Of a stretch of DNA of 64,000 nt, positions 44,919-55,094 are shown in pieces (the first letter of the stretch is position 1; the number at the start of each line of letters is the position of its first letter). This stretch comes from a virus (taxonomy: Duplodnaviria > Caudoviricetes). Under the pieces are notes generated by a model, which made no database searches, was not told the DNA's origin, and saw nothing but the letters and a program-made list of their open reading frames with translations. Position numbers and translations under genes: made by a program. The stretch is taken from the IMG/VR virus record IMGVR_UViG_2513237100_000001, positions 1 through 64,000 of that record, one strand, 5' to 3'.

Positions 44919-45853
44919 ATCGGCGTCTCCACGAACTGGACGTCGGCGACCAGTGTTGTTGCGGTGTCAACGGCGATCCCGCCCGCGTTCCCCGCCCGTC
45001 CAGCGCCCTGTGCCCGGAGGGTTTGGGTGGTGCCTGGGTAGATGCTCGGCAGGGTTACGGTGTCGCCGGAGATGACGGAGACGCGGCGGGTGCCGGTGGA
45101 GCCGTCGTCATTCAGGGATACCGCCTCCGTGGTGAGGGAGACCCCGAACGTGGCGCGGAAAGAGCCCACGATGCTTCCGGTGGTGTAGCGGATCTGCCCC
45201 ACGTCGAACCGGAGTTTCACTTGGGTTGCCCATGTCGGGATGGGGACCTGCCATCCGGGGGCGCTGTTGAAGGAAGTGAAGACGCCGTTGGTGTTGCTGA
45301 TGACGTTGCTGAGGGCGGTCGGGGACTGGGTGTAGATGTCGCGTACGGTGCGGGGGTTCGCGATCTGCCGAATGTCCTTGATCATGGCGTTGGTGATCGT
45401 GGACGTGGACGCGGGTATGTCGATGCGGGCCAGGGGGATGCCGGTCCGCCCGTCCGGGATGGTGGTGGCGGACGAGCTGACACCGGAGATGACCTGAAAG
45501 TAGTTGATCTTGTCTACTTCTGGGTTCAGGTTCCCCTCGTACTGGGGGTCCTCGACACGCAGAATCAGCATGTCGGACCGTGCGGACCCGCCCGTCCCCG
45601 AGATGGGCACCGTCTCAGCCCCCTGATTGCGCACGGAATAGCTGCCCTGGAAGGCACTGACGCGACCGCGTACGATCCCGGACCCACTCCCCACCTGCAC
45701 GCTGGTGCCCGGAGTGCTGAGCTGGGTGACCTTCAGATCGCCACCCTGAGTAATGCCTTCTGCGCCACGGGCAAGGTCTTGGACCATGGCCCGGAACTGC
45801 TCGGCGGAGTGAGTGGCACCGTTCGTGAGGATCGGCACTTGGTACAGGGACAT
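44915..45853 (-). CDS. Minor tail protein
   Basis: RSDMLILRVEDPQY..PLARIDIPAST..IT..MIKDIR. Confidence 0.8.
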   Translation of the reverse strand: MSLYQVPILTNGATHSAEQFRAMVQDLARGAEGITQGGDLKVTQLSTPGTSVQVGSGSGIVRGRVSAFQGSYSVRNQGAETVPISGTGGSARSDMLILRVEDPQYEGNLNPEVDKINYFQVISGVSSSATTIPDGRTGIPLARIDIPASTSTITNAMIKDIRQIANPRTVRDIYTQSPTALSNVISNTNGVFTSFNSAPGWQVPIPTWATQVKLRFDVGQIRYTTGSIVGSFRATFGVSLTTEAVSLNDDGSTGTRRVSVISGDTVTLPSIYPGTTQTLRAQGAGRAGNAGGIAVDTATTLVADVQFVETPI

Positions 45854-45865
45854 GGTGTGCGCTCC

Positions 45866-46774
45866 TCAGAGGGCGGTGTAGGCGTCGCGCCAGGTCAGGC
45901 GCATGCGGGCGGTGTTGGTGGAGTCGAAGCCGGTCCACCGGAACTCCGACTGGCCGGGCGGCAGGGAGAACAGGTCGATACGGGATGAGGGGGCCAGCAG
46001 GGTGGAGGCGTTACCGCCGTTCTCCCGGGTGACGGTGCGGCGACCAGGCCGGGTGTCGATCTCCACCCACTGGCCGGCGGTCAGGTTGATGGTGGGCAGG
46101 TCGAGGCGGCGCCCGGACGTGGAGTGGATGACGGACACGTTGGCGACCGGGCCGGTGATCCGGATGATCGGCCACGCGTTTCCGGTCCCCTGGTTGCGCG
46201 CCCAGCCGGGCCGGTCCGCCGCTGTCGTTCCGGACTGCACGTAGATCGGGGCGACCACCGGCGCTTTGAACCCGCCGCCGGTCAGCCAGCCCAAGGGGAT
46301 CTCGGTGGTGGTCTCCTCGTCGGCGTAGAACGTGGGGTCCGTCGCCACGAACTCAAGATCCAGTGGAACGTAACCGTGGATGACCTGCGCATACTCGGGA
46401 TCCACCTTGCGGAGGCGCCCATCGAGACGTTTCACGGGTCGACCGGGGCGCTTCAACCGCAGCGGCATCGTCTCCCCGCCAACCAGGCGCACCGCCGGAT
46501 CGTCCGCCGCAGCCTGGAGGGCGGCAACAACATCGTGGGCGGCGGCCGGGTCTCCGGGGGTACGAACCGCGGCATCGAACTGGACCTGCCGGGACGCGTA
46601 GTAGTCGGGGCCGGCGAACGCCCCGTCCATGCTGGGCTGGTCGACGTCGTTGTCCCGGACCGGGGCCCGGCCGAGACCGGTCGTTTCGATGACCTGTACC
46701 AGGGTGCCAGCGCCCATGAGGACGCCCCCGAGTTCGTACTGCCAGTCCGTCAGCTCAAGCGGCGGCACGGGCAT
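45866..46774 (-). CDS. Distal tail (Dit) protein
   Basis: Follows the TMP; FVATDP, WPIIRITGP, LPPG. Confidence 0.82.
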   Translation of the reverse strand: MPVPPLELTDWQYELGGVLMGAGTLVQVIETTGLGRAPVRDNDVDQPSMDGAFAGPDYYASRQVQFDAAVRTPGDPAAAHDVVAALQAAADDPAVRLVGGETMPLRLKRPGRPVKRLDGRLRKVDPEYAQVIHGYVPLDLEFVATDPTFYADEETTTEIPLGWLTGGGFKAPVVAPIYVQSGTTAADRPGWARNQGTGNAWPIIRITGPVANVSVIHSTSGRRLDLPTINLTAGQWVEIDTRPGRRTVTRENGGNASTLLAPSSRIDLFSLPPGQSEFRWTGFDSTNTARMRLTWRDAYTAL

Positions 46775-49700
46775 TCACCCCTCCCCTGCGTGCGCGGCGG
46801 ACCGAACGCCCGACCTGGGCGCCGATGTCCGAGGCGGACGCCCCGGTGCGTACAGCGGTGACCGCGACGTGGGTGTCGCCGCCCTCGCGGACGATGACGA
46901 CCGGGCGGGTCGCGGACATGTCGGTGAGGCCGATCCCGAACCGGCCGGCAACGTCCTTGAGGACGTTGGTGGCGGCGCGGCGCTTGCTCGCCCCGAGTGG
47001 GATGTACGCCTCCCCGCCGGTCTCCGGTTCGGCGAAGGTGACGGCGCCGCCGCGGGTGGCGTAGATGCCTTCCCGGATTCCGCCGTTCGCGTAGCTGAGC
47101 CCCTTGTTCGCGCGGGCCAGGTCGGCGAGGAACTGGGTGGCCCGAGCCCCGAGACTGCTCTTGATCTGGGCGGTGGCCTTGTTGGCGATGGTGACGATGT
47201 CGTCCTCGCCGAGCCCGGTGGTGTCCGCGACCGCGTGCAGACCCGTTTTGCTGGTCTTGACGGCGGCGATGATCGCGATGAGCTGCTCCAGCTCCTCCCC
47301 CGACAGGGTCTTGCCCGCGGTCTTCGCCGCAGTGTTCGCCGACGCGGCCTTCGTTTTGTTGCCGGCGGCTTCCGCGGCGAGCTTCTGTGCGGCCTCGTCG
47401 CCTTGGCCTGCGAGCTGGGTGGCGAGGTCGCCGTAGCCCATGGACGCGAGCTTGGCGAGGTTCGCCTGGAAGGCGGTGGACGTCTTGTTGGAAGCGTTGA
47501 GCTGCTTGGTGTAGTCCGCCAGGGACGCCTTGGCCAACGGTCCGAGTTTCCGCAGGTTCGCGATGATGTCCTTGAACTGCTTGTTGCTGGCCTTCGCGAG
47601 GGCGGCGACCATTGCGGCGCCTTCTTCGCCGAGGTCGCGGAGCTGCTCGATGACATCGGACCCGCCGCGGGACGCGATCTTCGTCAGGTTCTTCTCGTAC
47701 GAGGCGTTGGCGGACACCGCCGACTTGAGGGTCTTCTGCCAGTCGGCCAGGCTGAACTTCTTCTTGTACTGGGCTTCCGCCTTCCGGGCCGCGTCCGTGG
47801 CCGTGGCCAGGGTGCGGCGGGCCTTCGCGACCCGGTTCTCGGCGGCCACCATCTGCGCCCCGGTGTGCTTTCGGCGGCGCAGCGCGGCCAGGGCGGCCTC
47901 CGCCGACCGGAGGCCGTCGACGGCGTTCTTCCTCGCGCGGATCTTCTTGTTGTACGTGTCCTTGTCGATCGGCTGGTGTGAGTCCGTGTACGCGGACTGG
48001 ACGTACGACGTGTCGCGGCGCATGCCGGTCGGGGTGTAACTGAAACCGCCGGAGTCGAATGCGACGACCGCACCGTCGGCGTGCCATTGCACGCTCTTGG
48101 GGTCGCCTCCGAGCCGGCGGATGGTCTCCTCGGTGATGGCCCTGCTGCGCCCGCGCTTCGACGCGGCGAGGGGAATGTACGCTTCCCCACCGGTTTCCTC
48201 CTCGGCCCACACCCGCCACGCCCCGGCGGGGGCGATCTGCGCGGTGTGGTCCTCGCGGATGCCGCGGCGGTTGGTGCCGCCGTCGGCGTAGAAGTCAAGG
48301 ACCGACCCGCGCGCCTGCGGGGCCTGGACCATGTCGGGGACGCCGTTGGCGTCCTTGTCGTAGCCGGTGCGCTTGTAGTTGACCAGGACGCTGACCGTTT
48401 TGCCGCGGATGTTGTTGATGGCGTTTTGGATGGTGGCGGCGTTGCGGGTGGCGTCGCCGGTGGGGACGGTGACGATGACCTTTTTGCCCTTGGTGTTTTT
48501 GATCTTGAAGCCGAGGAGTTCGAGGTGCTGCCGGGCCTCATCCGTGGGCGCCTTGATCGTGAGCGTTTTGCCCTTGGTGGCCTTGACCTTCTCCTGGATG
48601 GACTGGAGCTCCTGCTTGACCTTGCCGGTCGGGGCGCTCATGTGGAGTGTCCGGCCGTTGGTCTCCCCGAGCTTTTTGATCAGCTTGTCGAGCTCGTCAC
48701 GGGCACCCTTCGTCGGGGCGGTGATCTTGTACTCGCGGGTGCCGGGAATCAGGTCGATCTTGTAGCCGAGGTCCTCAAGCTCCTTCTTCGCCTCCTCCCC
48801 CAGCGCCTCGACCTTGACCGTCTTCTTCTTCGGGAACCGCTCAAACTCCGCCTGCACACCCAGCAGCCCAGCCAGGGCCGTATCAACCCCCTCGGTTTGA
48901 AGAAGGATCGCCACCCGGCCCGGGATGAGGCCCATGGCGTCCGCGACACCAGCAGCCTGCTTCTCGGTCAGCCCGTACTGGTCCCGGAGATCAAGTACAG
49001 CGTCTCGACCCTTCTGCATCTCCTTCGTCGCCGCAGCGATCGACTGCGGGACCGTCTTTCCCTGCGACCGGGCGAAGTCGTACGCGGCGACGGCCGCCGA
49101 CGCGGAACTGTCCGCGATCGTGTCGAGGGTGCTGTAGAGCTGCTGCCCGTTCTTCGTTGTGGTGTCCAAGGCGCCGGTCGAGCTGACCAGCGCCTTCCCC
49201 CACCCGTCCGCCTTGTCGATCCCAGAAGCCATCGCATCGTTGGCGTTGGTGATCGCCTCATTCACTCGGGCCTGGGCGGCCTGGAGGGACACGGACCCGC
49301 CGGACAGAAGGTCCAGCGCGTCCCGGAGGGCACGGGTACGGGAGTCGGCGTCCGCCGTCTTGTCCGCGAGAGCACCCACCGCACTCTTCAACCGGTCATA
49401 GGCGGTAGCACTCCGACCCGTGATCGCATTGTCAAGATCCTTGGCGTTCTTGGCCGCAGCCTTCGCGTCCCCGGACATGCCACGGAGCGACTTGGCAGCG
49501 AGCCCGTACTCGACCGCCCGCTTCGCAGCCCCGTCGCCGCCCTTGTCGAGTTCCTTCTTCGCGAGGGAGTCCATCTCCGCCGCCAGGCCCTTGATGCTGC
49601 CACGCTGCCCCAGGTAGGCGTCGGTGACGTCCTGAAGGGTGTGCCCCTTCTTCTCCAGCACCTTCATCAGGCTGGTGTTGACGCCGATGCTCTTCGACTG

Positions 49701-52151
49701 GAGCTTCGTGTCTGCCAGGGTCTGGGCGGCCTGGGTGCGCACGTTGTCGGTGATCGCCCCGTTGGACTCACGGAGCGCCGCCGTGAGGCCTTCCACGGAT
49801 GCCTTGTGCTGGGACGCGGCTGCGGCAGCGTCCTGCTGGGCGCTCAGGTACGTGCCGAGGAGCATTGTCGCCCCAGTCAAGGCCAGGCCCCACGGCCCGC
49901 CAAGCGCCCCGGTCAGGCCGCTCATCGCACTTCGCGCCCCGGTGCTGGCCGCTGCGGTTACCCCCCGGAGGGTGCTCGTGAACCGGTTGCCTTGCGCGGA
50001 CGCGGTACGGAACGCGCTACCCATGGCCCCGATCGCGGGTACCCGGGCTTGGAGAACAGCCATGGCCGCCCCGTACCGGGTGAGGGACTGGCCGGCGGAG
50101 GCGGCCAGCGTGCGCTGGACAGTCATCTGCTGGTTCAGGGACCGGTAGGCGCCGGTGAGGCGGCCGCCGACAGTGCCAGCGAGGCCTTGGGCCATGGGGC
50201 CGACGCGGCGCATGAGGAGCATTGCCAGGACCGCAGCCTGGACGGGGCCGGGGAGGGCGGCGAAGCCGGAGACGAGTCCGCCGACCGCGCTACCAATCGG
50301 GACGAGGACGCCGGACAGGGCGGACACGGCGCGCGCGGCGGAGTCGAGGACGAACACGAGGATGTCGAGACTGCTGGCGGCGCCGCTGCCTTCCCCGGCC
50401 ACCTCGCCGAGCGCGGACACGACCGGCTCCACGCCCTTTGCCAGGTTCTTCAGGACGTCTACGACCATCTGCCCGAGTGACAGCAGGACGTGGAGGGCGG
50501 ACGCGGCCGCGTCCGTACCCAGCTCCTTGAACGGGTCGAGCATGTCCTTTGCTGCGTCACCGATGTCGCCGAACTCGCGGCGGGCGGCTGCGGCAACGTC
50601 CGGCCCGAACAGAGTCGCGGCGTCGTTGAAGTGCTTGAAGAACTTCTCGATCTTGGGTGTGGCGTCAGAGATCCACCCGGTGACACCTCGGATCATGTAC
50701 TCCAGGCCGGGCGCTAGGCCCGTGTACAGGGCAAGACCGGCCTGCTCGGACTTCGCCTTGAGTTGGACCATGGCACCGGCAAGACCCTTACCCTTGGCTG
50801 CCGCAACATCGGTGGCCGCCCCTACACGATGGGTAGACACCATCAACGAATCGAAACTGTCCACCCCTTGGTGAGCAAGAGCTGCCATTCCCTGGACAGC
50901 AGGCTTACCGAAAGCCTTTGTTATGGCAGCGGTAAAGTCCTTGTTTGTTAGATTGTGCTGGGCATCCGACAAACGCTCAATCATGTATCGAAGGCCCTTG
51001 AACTTGCCTTCGGTGGTCCACGCCTCAATTCCCATAGCCTTGAGGCCCTGGACCATCATGGGAGTCGGCTTGGACAGGTTGGTAAACATGGCACGCAGGC
51101 TGGTACCTGCGGTCTGCCCCAAAATTCCGGCCTTGCCGAGCATCCCTACGGCGCTGGCCGCTTCCTGCATCGTTACGCCAAGGTGGTTAGCGAGCGGCCC
51201 GGCGTACTTCATGGCGTAGTAAATGTCCGTGATGGACCCGGACGCAGAGTTTGCCGTAGCAGCAAGGGTGTCGGCAGCAACGCTTGCCTTGTCAGCCCCC
51301 ATTCCGAACTGGTCCATCATGTCGCCCAAATACCTGGCAGACATAGAAGCAGACACTTGGGCGGCGGAAGCAAGAACCAGCGCTGACCGAGTAGACGAGA
51401 TTGCCTGGTCGGTTCTGAACCCGGCTTTTGCCAGCTCGACCATGGCTTCGGCAGCGTCAGCGGCAGTAGCGGTCGGAATGGTGAGGTCAGCGCCGAGCTG
51501 ATTAGCTGTGGCTCCGGCCCGCTGCATTTGTACCTGGGACGCCTGGGTGACCGCGCCGAAGGTACTCATCGCTAGCTGGTACTCGTTGCCGTGCTTGAGC
51601 ATCCCGGAGAAGCCCATGACGAGGGCCCCGCCGGACATCAGCGCGGCCAGCCCGGTCAGTTGGTGGCGGAGCCGACCGGACTCGGAGGTCATCTGCCGCA
51701 GGCTGCGGGTCCCACCGGACCCGACGCCGCGCATGCCGTGGGATGCCCGCTGGGCGGCTTGAGCGAGACGGGTCAGGTCTCGTACAGCGCTGGTGATCTG
51801 CCTGGACATGCTGGCCAGGTCCCGGCCGGCAGTGCGGGAGTTTCCGCCGAGGCTGGTGAGGTGCCGGTTCGCGGTGCGGGCTGCGTCCCCGTACCGGCCG
51901 AGGTGGCGTCCGGCGGTGCGGGCGTTGTTGCCGAGGGTGTTGAGGTGGCGTCCGGTGGTGCGGGCGACGGTACCGAGGGTGCGGATGTGGCGGGTGGCGG
52001 TCTGGGATGCCTGCCCGAGGCCCCGCACTTCGGTTTTCGCGGTGCGAGCCGCAGTACCGAGGGTGCGGGCGTGCTTCGCGGCGCTCTTGAGGGACTGGGC
52101 CAGGTCGTTACCGTGACCGCGCAGGTCAACCGAGAGGTTCCAGTTTGCCAC
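46755..52151 (-). CDS. Tape measure protein
   Basis: 1798 aa, Ala-rich helical, TP901-type core (ELAKAG..AGTSLR), two GGEAYIPL motifs. Confidence 0.95.
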   Translation of the reverse strand: MANWNLSVDLRGHGNDLAQSLKSAAKHARTLGTAARTAKTEVRGLGQASQTATRHIRTLGTVARTTGRHLNTLGNNARTAGRHLGRYGDAARTANRHLTSLGGNSRTAGRDLASMSRQITSAVRDLTRLAQAAQRASHGMRGVGSGGTRSLRQMTSESGRLRHQLTGLAALMSGGALVMGFSGMLKHGNEYQLAMSTFGAVTQASQVQMQRAGATANQLGADLTIPTATAADAAEAMVELAKAGFRTDQAISSTRSALVLASAAQVSASMSARYLGDMMDQFGMGADKASVAADTLAATANSASGSITDIYYAMKYAGPLANHLGVTMQEAASAVGMLGKAGILGQTAGTSLRAMFTNLSKPTPMMVQGLKAMGIEAWTTEGKFKGLRYMIERLSDAQHNLTNKDFTAAITKAFGKPAVQGMAALAHQGVDSFDSLMVSTHRVGAATDVAAAKGKGLAGAMVQLKAKSEQAGLALYTGLAPGLEYMIRGVTGWISDATPKIEKFFKHFNDAATLFGPDVAAAARREFGDIGDAAKDMLDPFKELGTDAAASALHVLLSLGQMVVDVLKNLAKGVEPVVSALGEVAGEGSGAASSLDILVFVLDSAARAVSALSGVLVPIGSAVGGLVSGFAALPGPVQAAVLAMLLMRRVGPMAQGLAGTVGGRLTGAYRSLNQQMTVQRTLAASAGQSLTRYGAAMAVLQARVPAIGAMGSAFRTASAQGNRFTSTLRGVTAAASTGARSAMSGLTGALGGPWGLALTGATMLLGTYLSAQQDAAAAASQHKASVEGLTAALRESNGAITDNVRTQAAQTLADTKLQSKSIGVNTSLMKVLEKKGHTLQDVTDAYLGQRGSIKGLAAEMDSLAKKELDKGGDGAAKRAVEYGLAAKSLRGMSGDAKAAAKNAKDLDNAITGRSATAYDRLKSAVGALADKTADADSRTRALRDALDLLSGGSVSLQAAQARVNEAITNANDAMASGIDKADGWGKALVSSTGALDTTTKNGQQLYSTLDTIADSSASAAVAAYDFARSQGKTVPQSIAAATKEMQKGRDAVLDLRDQYGLTEKQAAGVADAMGLIPGRVAILLQTEGVDTALAGLLGVQAEFERFPKKKTVKVEALGEEAKKELEDLGYKIDLIPGTREYKITAPTKGARDELDKLIKKLGETNGRTLHMSAPTGKVKQELQSIQEKVKATKGKTLTIKAPTDEARQHLELLGFKIKNTKGKKVIVTVPTGDATRNAATIQNAINNIRGKTVSVLVNYKRTGYDKDANGVPDMVQAPQARGSVLDFYADGGTNRRGIREDHTAQIAPAGAWRVWAEEETGGEAYIPLAASKRGRSRAITEETIRRLGGDPKSVQWHADGAVVAFDSGGFSYTPTGMRRDTSYVQSAYTDSHQPIDKDTYNKKIRARKNAVDGLRSAEAALAALRRRKHTGAQMVAAENRVAKARRTLATATDAARKAEAQYKKKFSLADWQKTLKSAVSANASYEKNLTKIASRGGSDVIEQLRDLGEEGAAMVAALAKASNKQFKDIIANLRKLGPLAKASLADYTKQLNASNKTSTAFQANLAKLASMGYGDLATQLAGQGDEAAQKLAAEAAGNKTKAASANTAAKTAGKTLSGEELEQLIAIIAAVKTSKTGLHAVADTTGLGEDDIVTIANKATAQIKSSLGARATQFLADLARANKGLSYANGGIREGIYATRGGAVTFAEPETGGEAYIPLGASKRRAATNVLKDVAGRFGIGLTDMSATRPVVIVREGGDTHVAVTAVRTGASASDIGAQVGRSVRRARRGGVNARAAA

Positions 52152-52179
52152 CGGTTCCGCCCCTCCCTCTCAGTGCTGT

Positions 52180-52587
52180 TCAGTCGTCGTCTGTGATGCG
52201 GTGCCGGTGTCCGGCGAGTTCTCGTTGCGCTTGGAGGGCGGCGGCCGCCGCTGCGGGGATCAGCCCGACCTTGACGCCGTTCGTGTCGACCCCGTCCCGG
52301 CCGAGCTGGTCTTGCCGGTCGGCGATGACCTGGCAGCCGACGCAGCGTTGGACGGTGACCGCGTAGGCGTCCTCCTGGCCTTCGCCGCCGTGGTCCCAGT
52401 CGTCGTACCGGGTGTTGCACTGGGGGCACACGGTCCGCTGGTACTCCAGGTAGGCGAGGGCTTTCTCCCGGTCGCGGGCTGTCCAGGTGCCGTCACCGAT
52501 GCCCCGGAACTGGCTGTGGGGAATGCCCCACCGGTCGCAGAGGACGAGCTCACCGCGTAGACGCTCATCCCGGATTAGCCTTTTCCC
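52180..52587 (-). CDS. Tail assembly chaperone GT portion, read via -1 frameshift
   Basis: Slippery GGGAAAA at 52581-52587 joins DLGK to RLIRDE. Confidence 0.85.
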   Translation of the reverse strand, partial: GKRLIRDERLRGELVLCDRWGIPHSQFRGIGDGTWTARDREKALAYLEYQRTVCPQCNTRYDDWDHGGEGQEDAYAVTVQRCVGCQVIADRQDQLGRDGVDTNGVKVGLIPAAAAAALQAQRELAGHRHRITDDD

Positions 52588-53129
52588 AGGTCCATGCGTG
52601 CGGCTTCTTGGACGTTCCACGCGGCGTTGAAGAGAGCGGACGCTTCCGCCTCGGACCAGGTGTCGAGGTACTCGCGGGCGTCATCCGCGGTCATGCCGTC
52701 CATGGACGCCTTGGCGATCAGCTCAGGGCCGAGCGACTCGACGTTGAGGTCGTGCCCGTCCTCCGCCTGGTCCTCCGTGGCTGGGTGGGCCTTCTTCAGT
52801 GCCTCGAATTCCAGCCGGGGCAGCGCTTGGAACCTCAGCACGATCGACGCGGCGTCGTACGCCTCCTGCGCGTCGGTCACGTCCTGCTCGGCCTGGGCGA
52901 CGGCGGTCGGCCCGGTGGAGTCGTCGAGGCGGTCTTCGGCTGCGGCCTTGATGCGGCGCAGGGTGTGCTTCGCGGACTCCAGGGTGACCCGGAGGTCGAG
53001 GTCGTCGCAGATCGTCAGGGCGACGGTGGGCCGGGTGCGGTTGCGGAGCTTCTCGCGGGTGGCGGCCCAGTGGGCGTCCTTCGCGACAGCTTCGGCGGGC
53101 GGGGCGGGGGTGGTGGTCTTGGTGGGCAT
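52575..53129 (-). CDS. Tail assembly chaperone G
   Basis: Between major tail and TMP; ends at the slippery site. Confidence 0.87.
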   Translation of the reverse strand: MPTKTTTPAPPAEAVAKDAHWAATREKLRNRTRPTVALTICDDLDLRVTLESAKHTLRRIKAAAEDRLDDSTGPTAVAQAEQDVTDAQEAYDAASIVLRFQALPRLEFEALKKAHPATEDQAEDGHDLNVESLGPELIAKASMDGMTADDAREYLDTWSEAEASALFNAAWNVQEAARMDLGKG

Positions 53130-53229
53130 GGTGGTCCTCCGTCAGAGGGGAAGGGGGCCCGGCCGGGCGCCGTGCGGCGCCCCTTCCCGAACGTCGTCGG
53201 GCCCGGCCGGGAGCAGTGGGGAGCGCGGC

Positions 53230-53712
53230 TCAGCCGCCGCCACCGGAAGCGGGCACGGTGGCGTTGAGGAGCGGGCGGTCGGTGATCGCGAACGCCACGT
53301 TGATCTTCGCGGCCTCGTTGTCGAGGGTGATCGCCGCACTGTTGGAGGACACCGTCACCGGGAAGACGTCCATGCCGGGCGACGCGGGGGTCATGCCCTT
53401 GCGGCAGACGATGACGAACCCGACGGTGCCCTTCGCGAGGTCCGACTCGACGTCGGCAAGCTTGTCGTCCTCGTAGAACGTGATGCTGGAGTCCGCCGCC
53501 GAGTCGTCGCCGGAGATCTTCGACACGAACGTCGACGCCATGTCCGGCGTCTCGATCATCTGGTTCTCCAGCGAGAACCCGTCGACCGCGGCGATCTGCC
53601 GGCTGTAGTCGGTGGCACCGGTCAGCTCGGCACTGGTCGGCATGTATCCCGGATCGGCGATCGTCTCCGCGAAGAGAATCTTCGAGACGCCCTTGCGCTG
53701 GAACCTGGCCAT
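53230..53712 (-). CDS. Major tail tube protein
   Basis: Position; PTSAEL..IETPD..VFPVTV. Confidence 0.85.
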   Translation of the reverse strand: MARFQRKGVSKILFAETIADPGYMPTSAELTGATDYSRQIAAVDGFSLENQMIETPDMASTFVSKISGDDSAADSSITFYEDDKLADVESDLAKGTVGFVIVCRKGMTPASPGMDVFPVTVSSNSAAITLDNEAAKINVAFAITDRPLLNATVPASGGGG

Positions 53713-53812
53713 TGGTGGACCCCTTGTCCTCACATGTGGTGTGGGTGCGGCCACCTGCGTGGTGGCGTCCGCGTGGGGTCCCGCCGCGGTGCGGTAATAC
53801 GGCCTGACAGGG

Positions 53813-54262
53813 TCAGGCTGGGGTCAGGTCAAACCTGAACCTCTGTACGTAACTGATGATCCCATCCGTGGGGTCATTCGTTGCCCCCGCTTCGATGTCG
53901 AGGGCTCGCCCAATGACGCTGACGCCGGGGATGACGAGGGGGTGCAGCCACAGTCCGGTGACGGGGTTGCGGCCGAGGAGGGCTTCGCGGGCCTTGTCGG
54001 CCATCCACTCGACCTGGTCCGGGTCGCCGACCGTGCCGGGCTTCGACGGGTCGGGGCCGGACACGGACGTCACCTGGTAGACGGGGGACATGTCGTCGTT
54101 GGTGTCGGCGAGCGGCGGCCCGTCAAGAGTGGTGTCGAGGGAGTACAGCAGGTAGTAGTGCTGGCCGCCGCCGGTGGGCTGTTTGCCTCGGCCGACGGGG
54201 CGCCCGCTGGCGGAGGCGAGGAGCGCGGCCAGGGCCATGCTGACGGGGCGCCGGAGGATCAC
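53813..54262 (-). CDS. Tail terminator-like protein
   Basis: Position; YQVTSV..WMADKAREAL. Confidence 0.75.
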   Translation of the reverse strand: MILRRPVSMALAALLASASGRPVGRGKQPTGGGQHYYLLYSLDTTLDGPPLADTNDDMSPVYQVTSVSGPDPSKPGTVGDPDQVEWMADKAREALLGRNPVTGLWLHPLVIPGVSVIGRALDIEAGATNDPTDGIISYVQRFRFDLTPA

Positions 54263-54645
54263 CGGAGGACCTCCGCGACGGCGTACCGCATCTCCATCAT
54301 CAGCGTCGACCCGATGTACGGGATTGCTGGCCCGACGTGGGCGAACGGTGGTTGGTTGTAGACGCGGCCGAGGCTGTCTGGGCCGGAGAAGCCGAATTCG
54401 AGGCGCCGCCCCTGGGGTGCGTTCGTGCCGATGGTGCACGCCGCCCCGTACGGCAGGCGTCGTGTCTGCGTCTGCCAGGAGTTGCGGTAGGCGCCGGTGA
54501 TGACGTTTGGTCCGGGTCTGCCGGATGCGTTGCCTCGGATGCGGGCACGCCCGAGTTCCCCGGTGTGCTGGACAGCCCGCTGGATAGCGGGGCCTATCTG
54601 GGCGGCGGCCTTGTCGAGGCGGGTGGCGAGCTGTTCGGGGGTCAC
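54259..54645 (-). CDS. HK97 gp10-like head-tail protein
   Basis: TGAYRNSW..IGTNAPQGRRLEFG. Confidence 0.85.
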   Translation of the reverse strand: MTPEQLATRLDKAAAQIGPAIQRAVQHTGELGRARIRGNASGRPGPNVITGAYRNSWQTQTRRLPYGAACTIGTNAPQGRRLEFGFSGPDSLGRVYNQPPFAHVGPAIPYIGSTLMMEMRYAVAEVLR

Positions 54646-55094
54646 GGTGCACCTCCTGCCGCGGCTGCTTGGTTCTGGTCGAGGGGGGTGATGCGTACAA
54701 CTTCGACGGTTCCGGCGCGGCCGGGGTCTTGGCTGGTCCAGGACCGGCCGAGGAGCCCGGTGCGGGCCGGGTCGTGGACGGCGACGACGGTGACGATGGC
54801 GTCCTTGGGTGGGATGTGGGCGTTGAGGGGGGTGAGGAGCCGGTAGCGGGAGGTGGTCTCCTGCACCCATGGGGTGAGCGCCCCGGGGGTGGCGGAGAGT
54901 TCCTGGGCGCTGCTGCCTTGTACCGCGCCGGGCCCCTCGTAGAGCACCTGGTCGTCGGGGTAGTCGAGTTCGCCGGTGTCGGGGTTGAAGACGGGGTCGC
55001 CGGTGGCGGGCAGGGTGACACGGACGGTGTCGATGCAGATGTTGTTTTCTACCCAGGCGACGACTCCGGCGAGCGCCCCGTCGAGCCCGGCCAT
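54642..55094 (-). CDS. Head-tail stopper (DUF6093-like)
   Basis: DTVRVT..FNPDTG..LYEGPGAVQ. Confidence 0.78.
   Translation of the reverse strand: MAGLDGALAGVVAWVENNICIDTVRVTLPATGDPVFNPDTGELDYPDDQVLYEGPGAVQGSSAQELSATPGALTPWVQETTSRYRLLTPLNAHIPPKDAIVTVVAVHDPARTGLLGRSWTSQDPGRAGTVEVVRITPLDQNQAAAAGGAP

Noticed and set aside
52581-52587. Frameshift in the tail chaperone as a defect or novelty
   Set aside because: Standard programmed -1 G/GT frameshift of long-tailed phages
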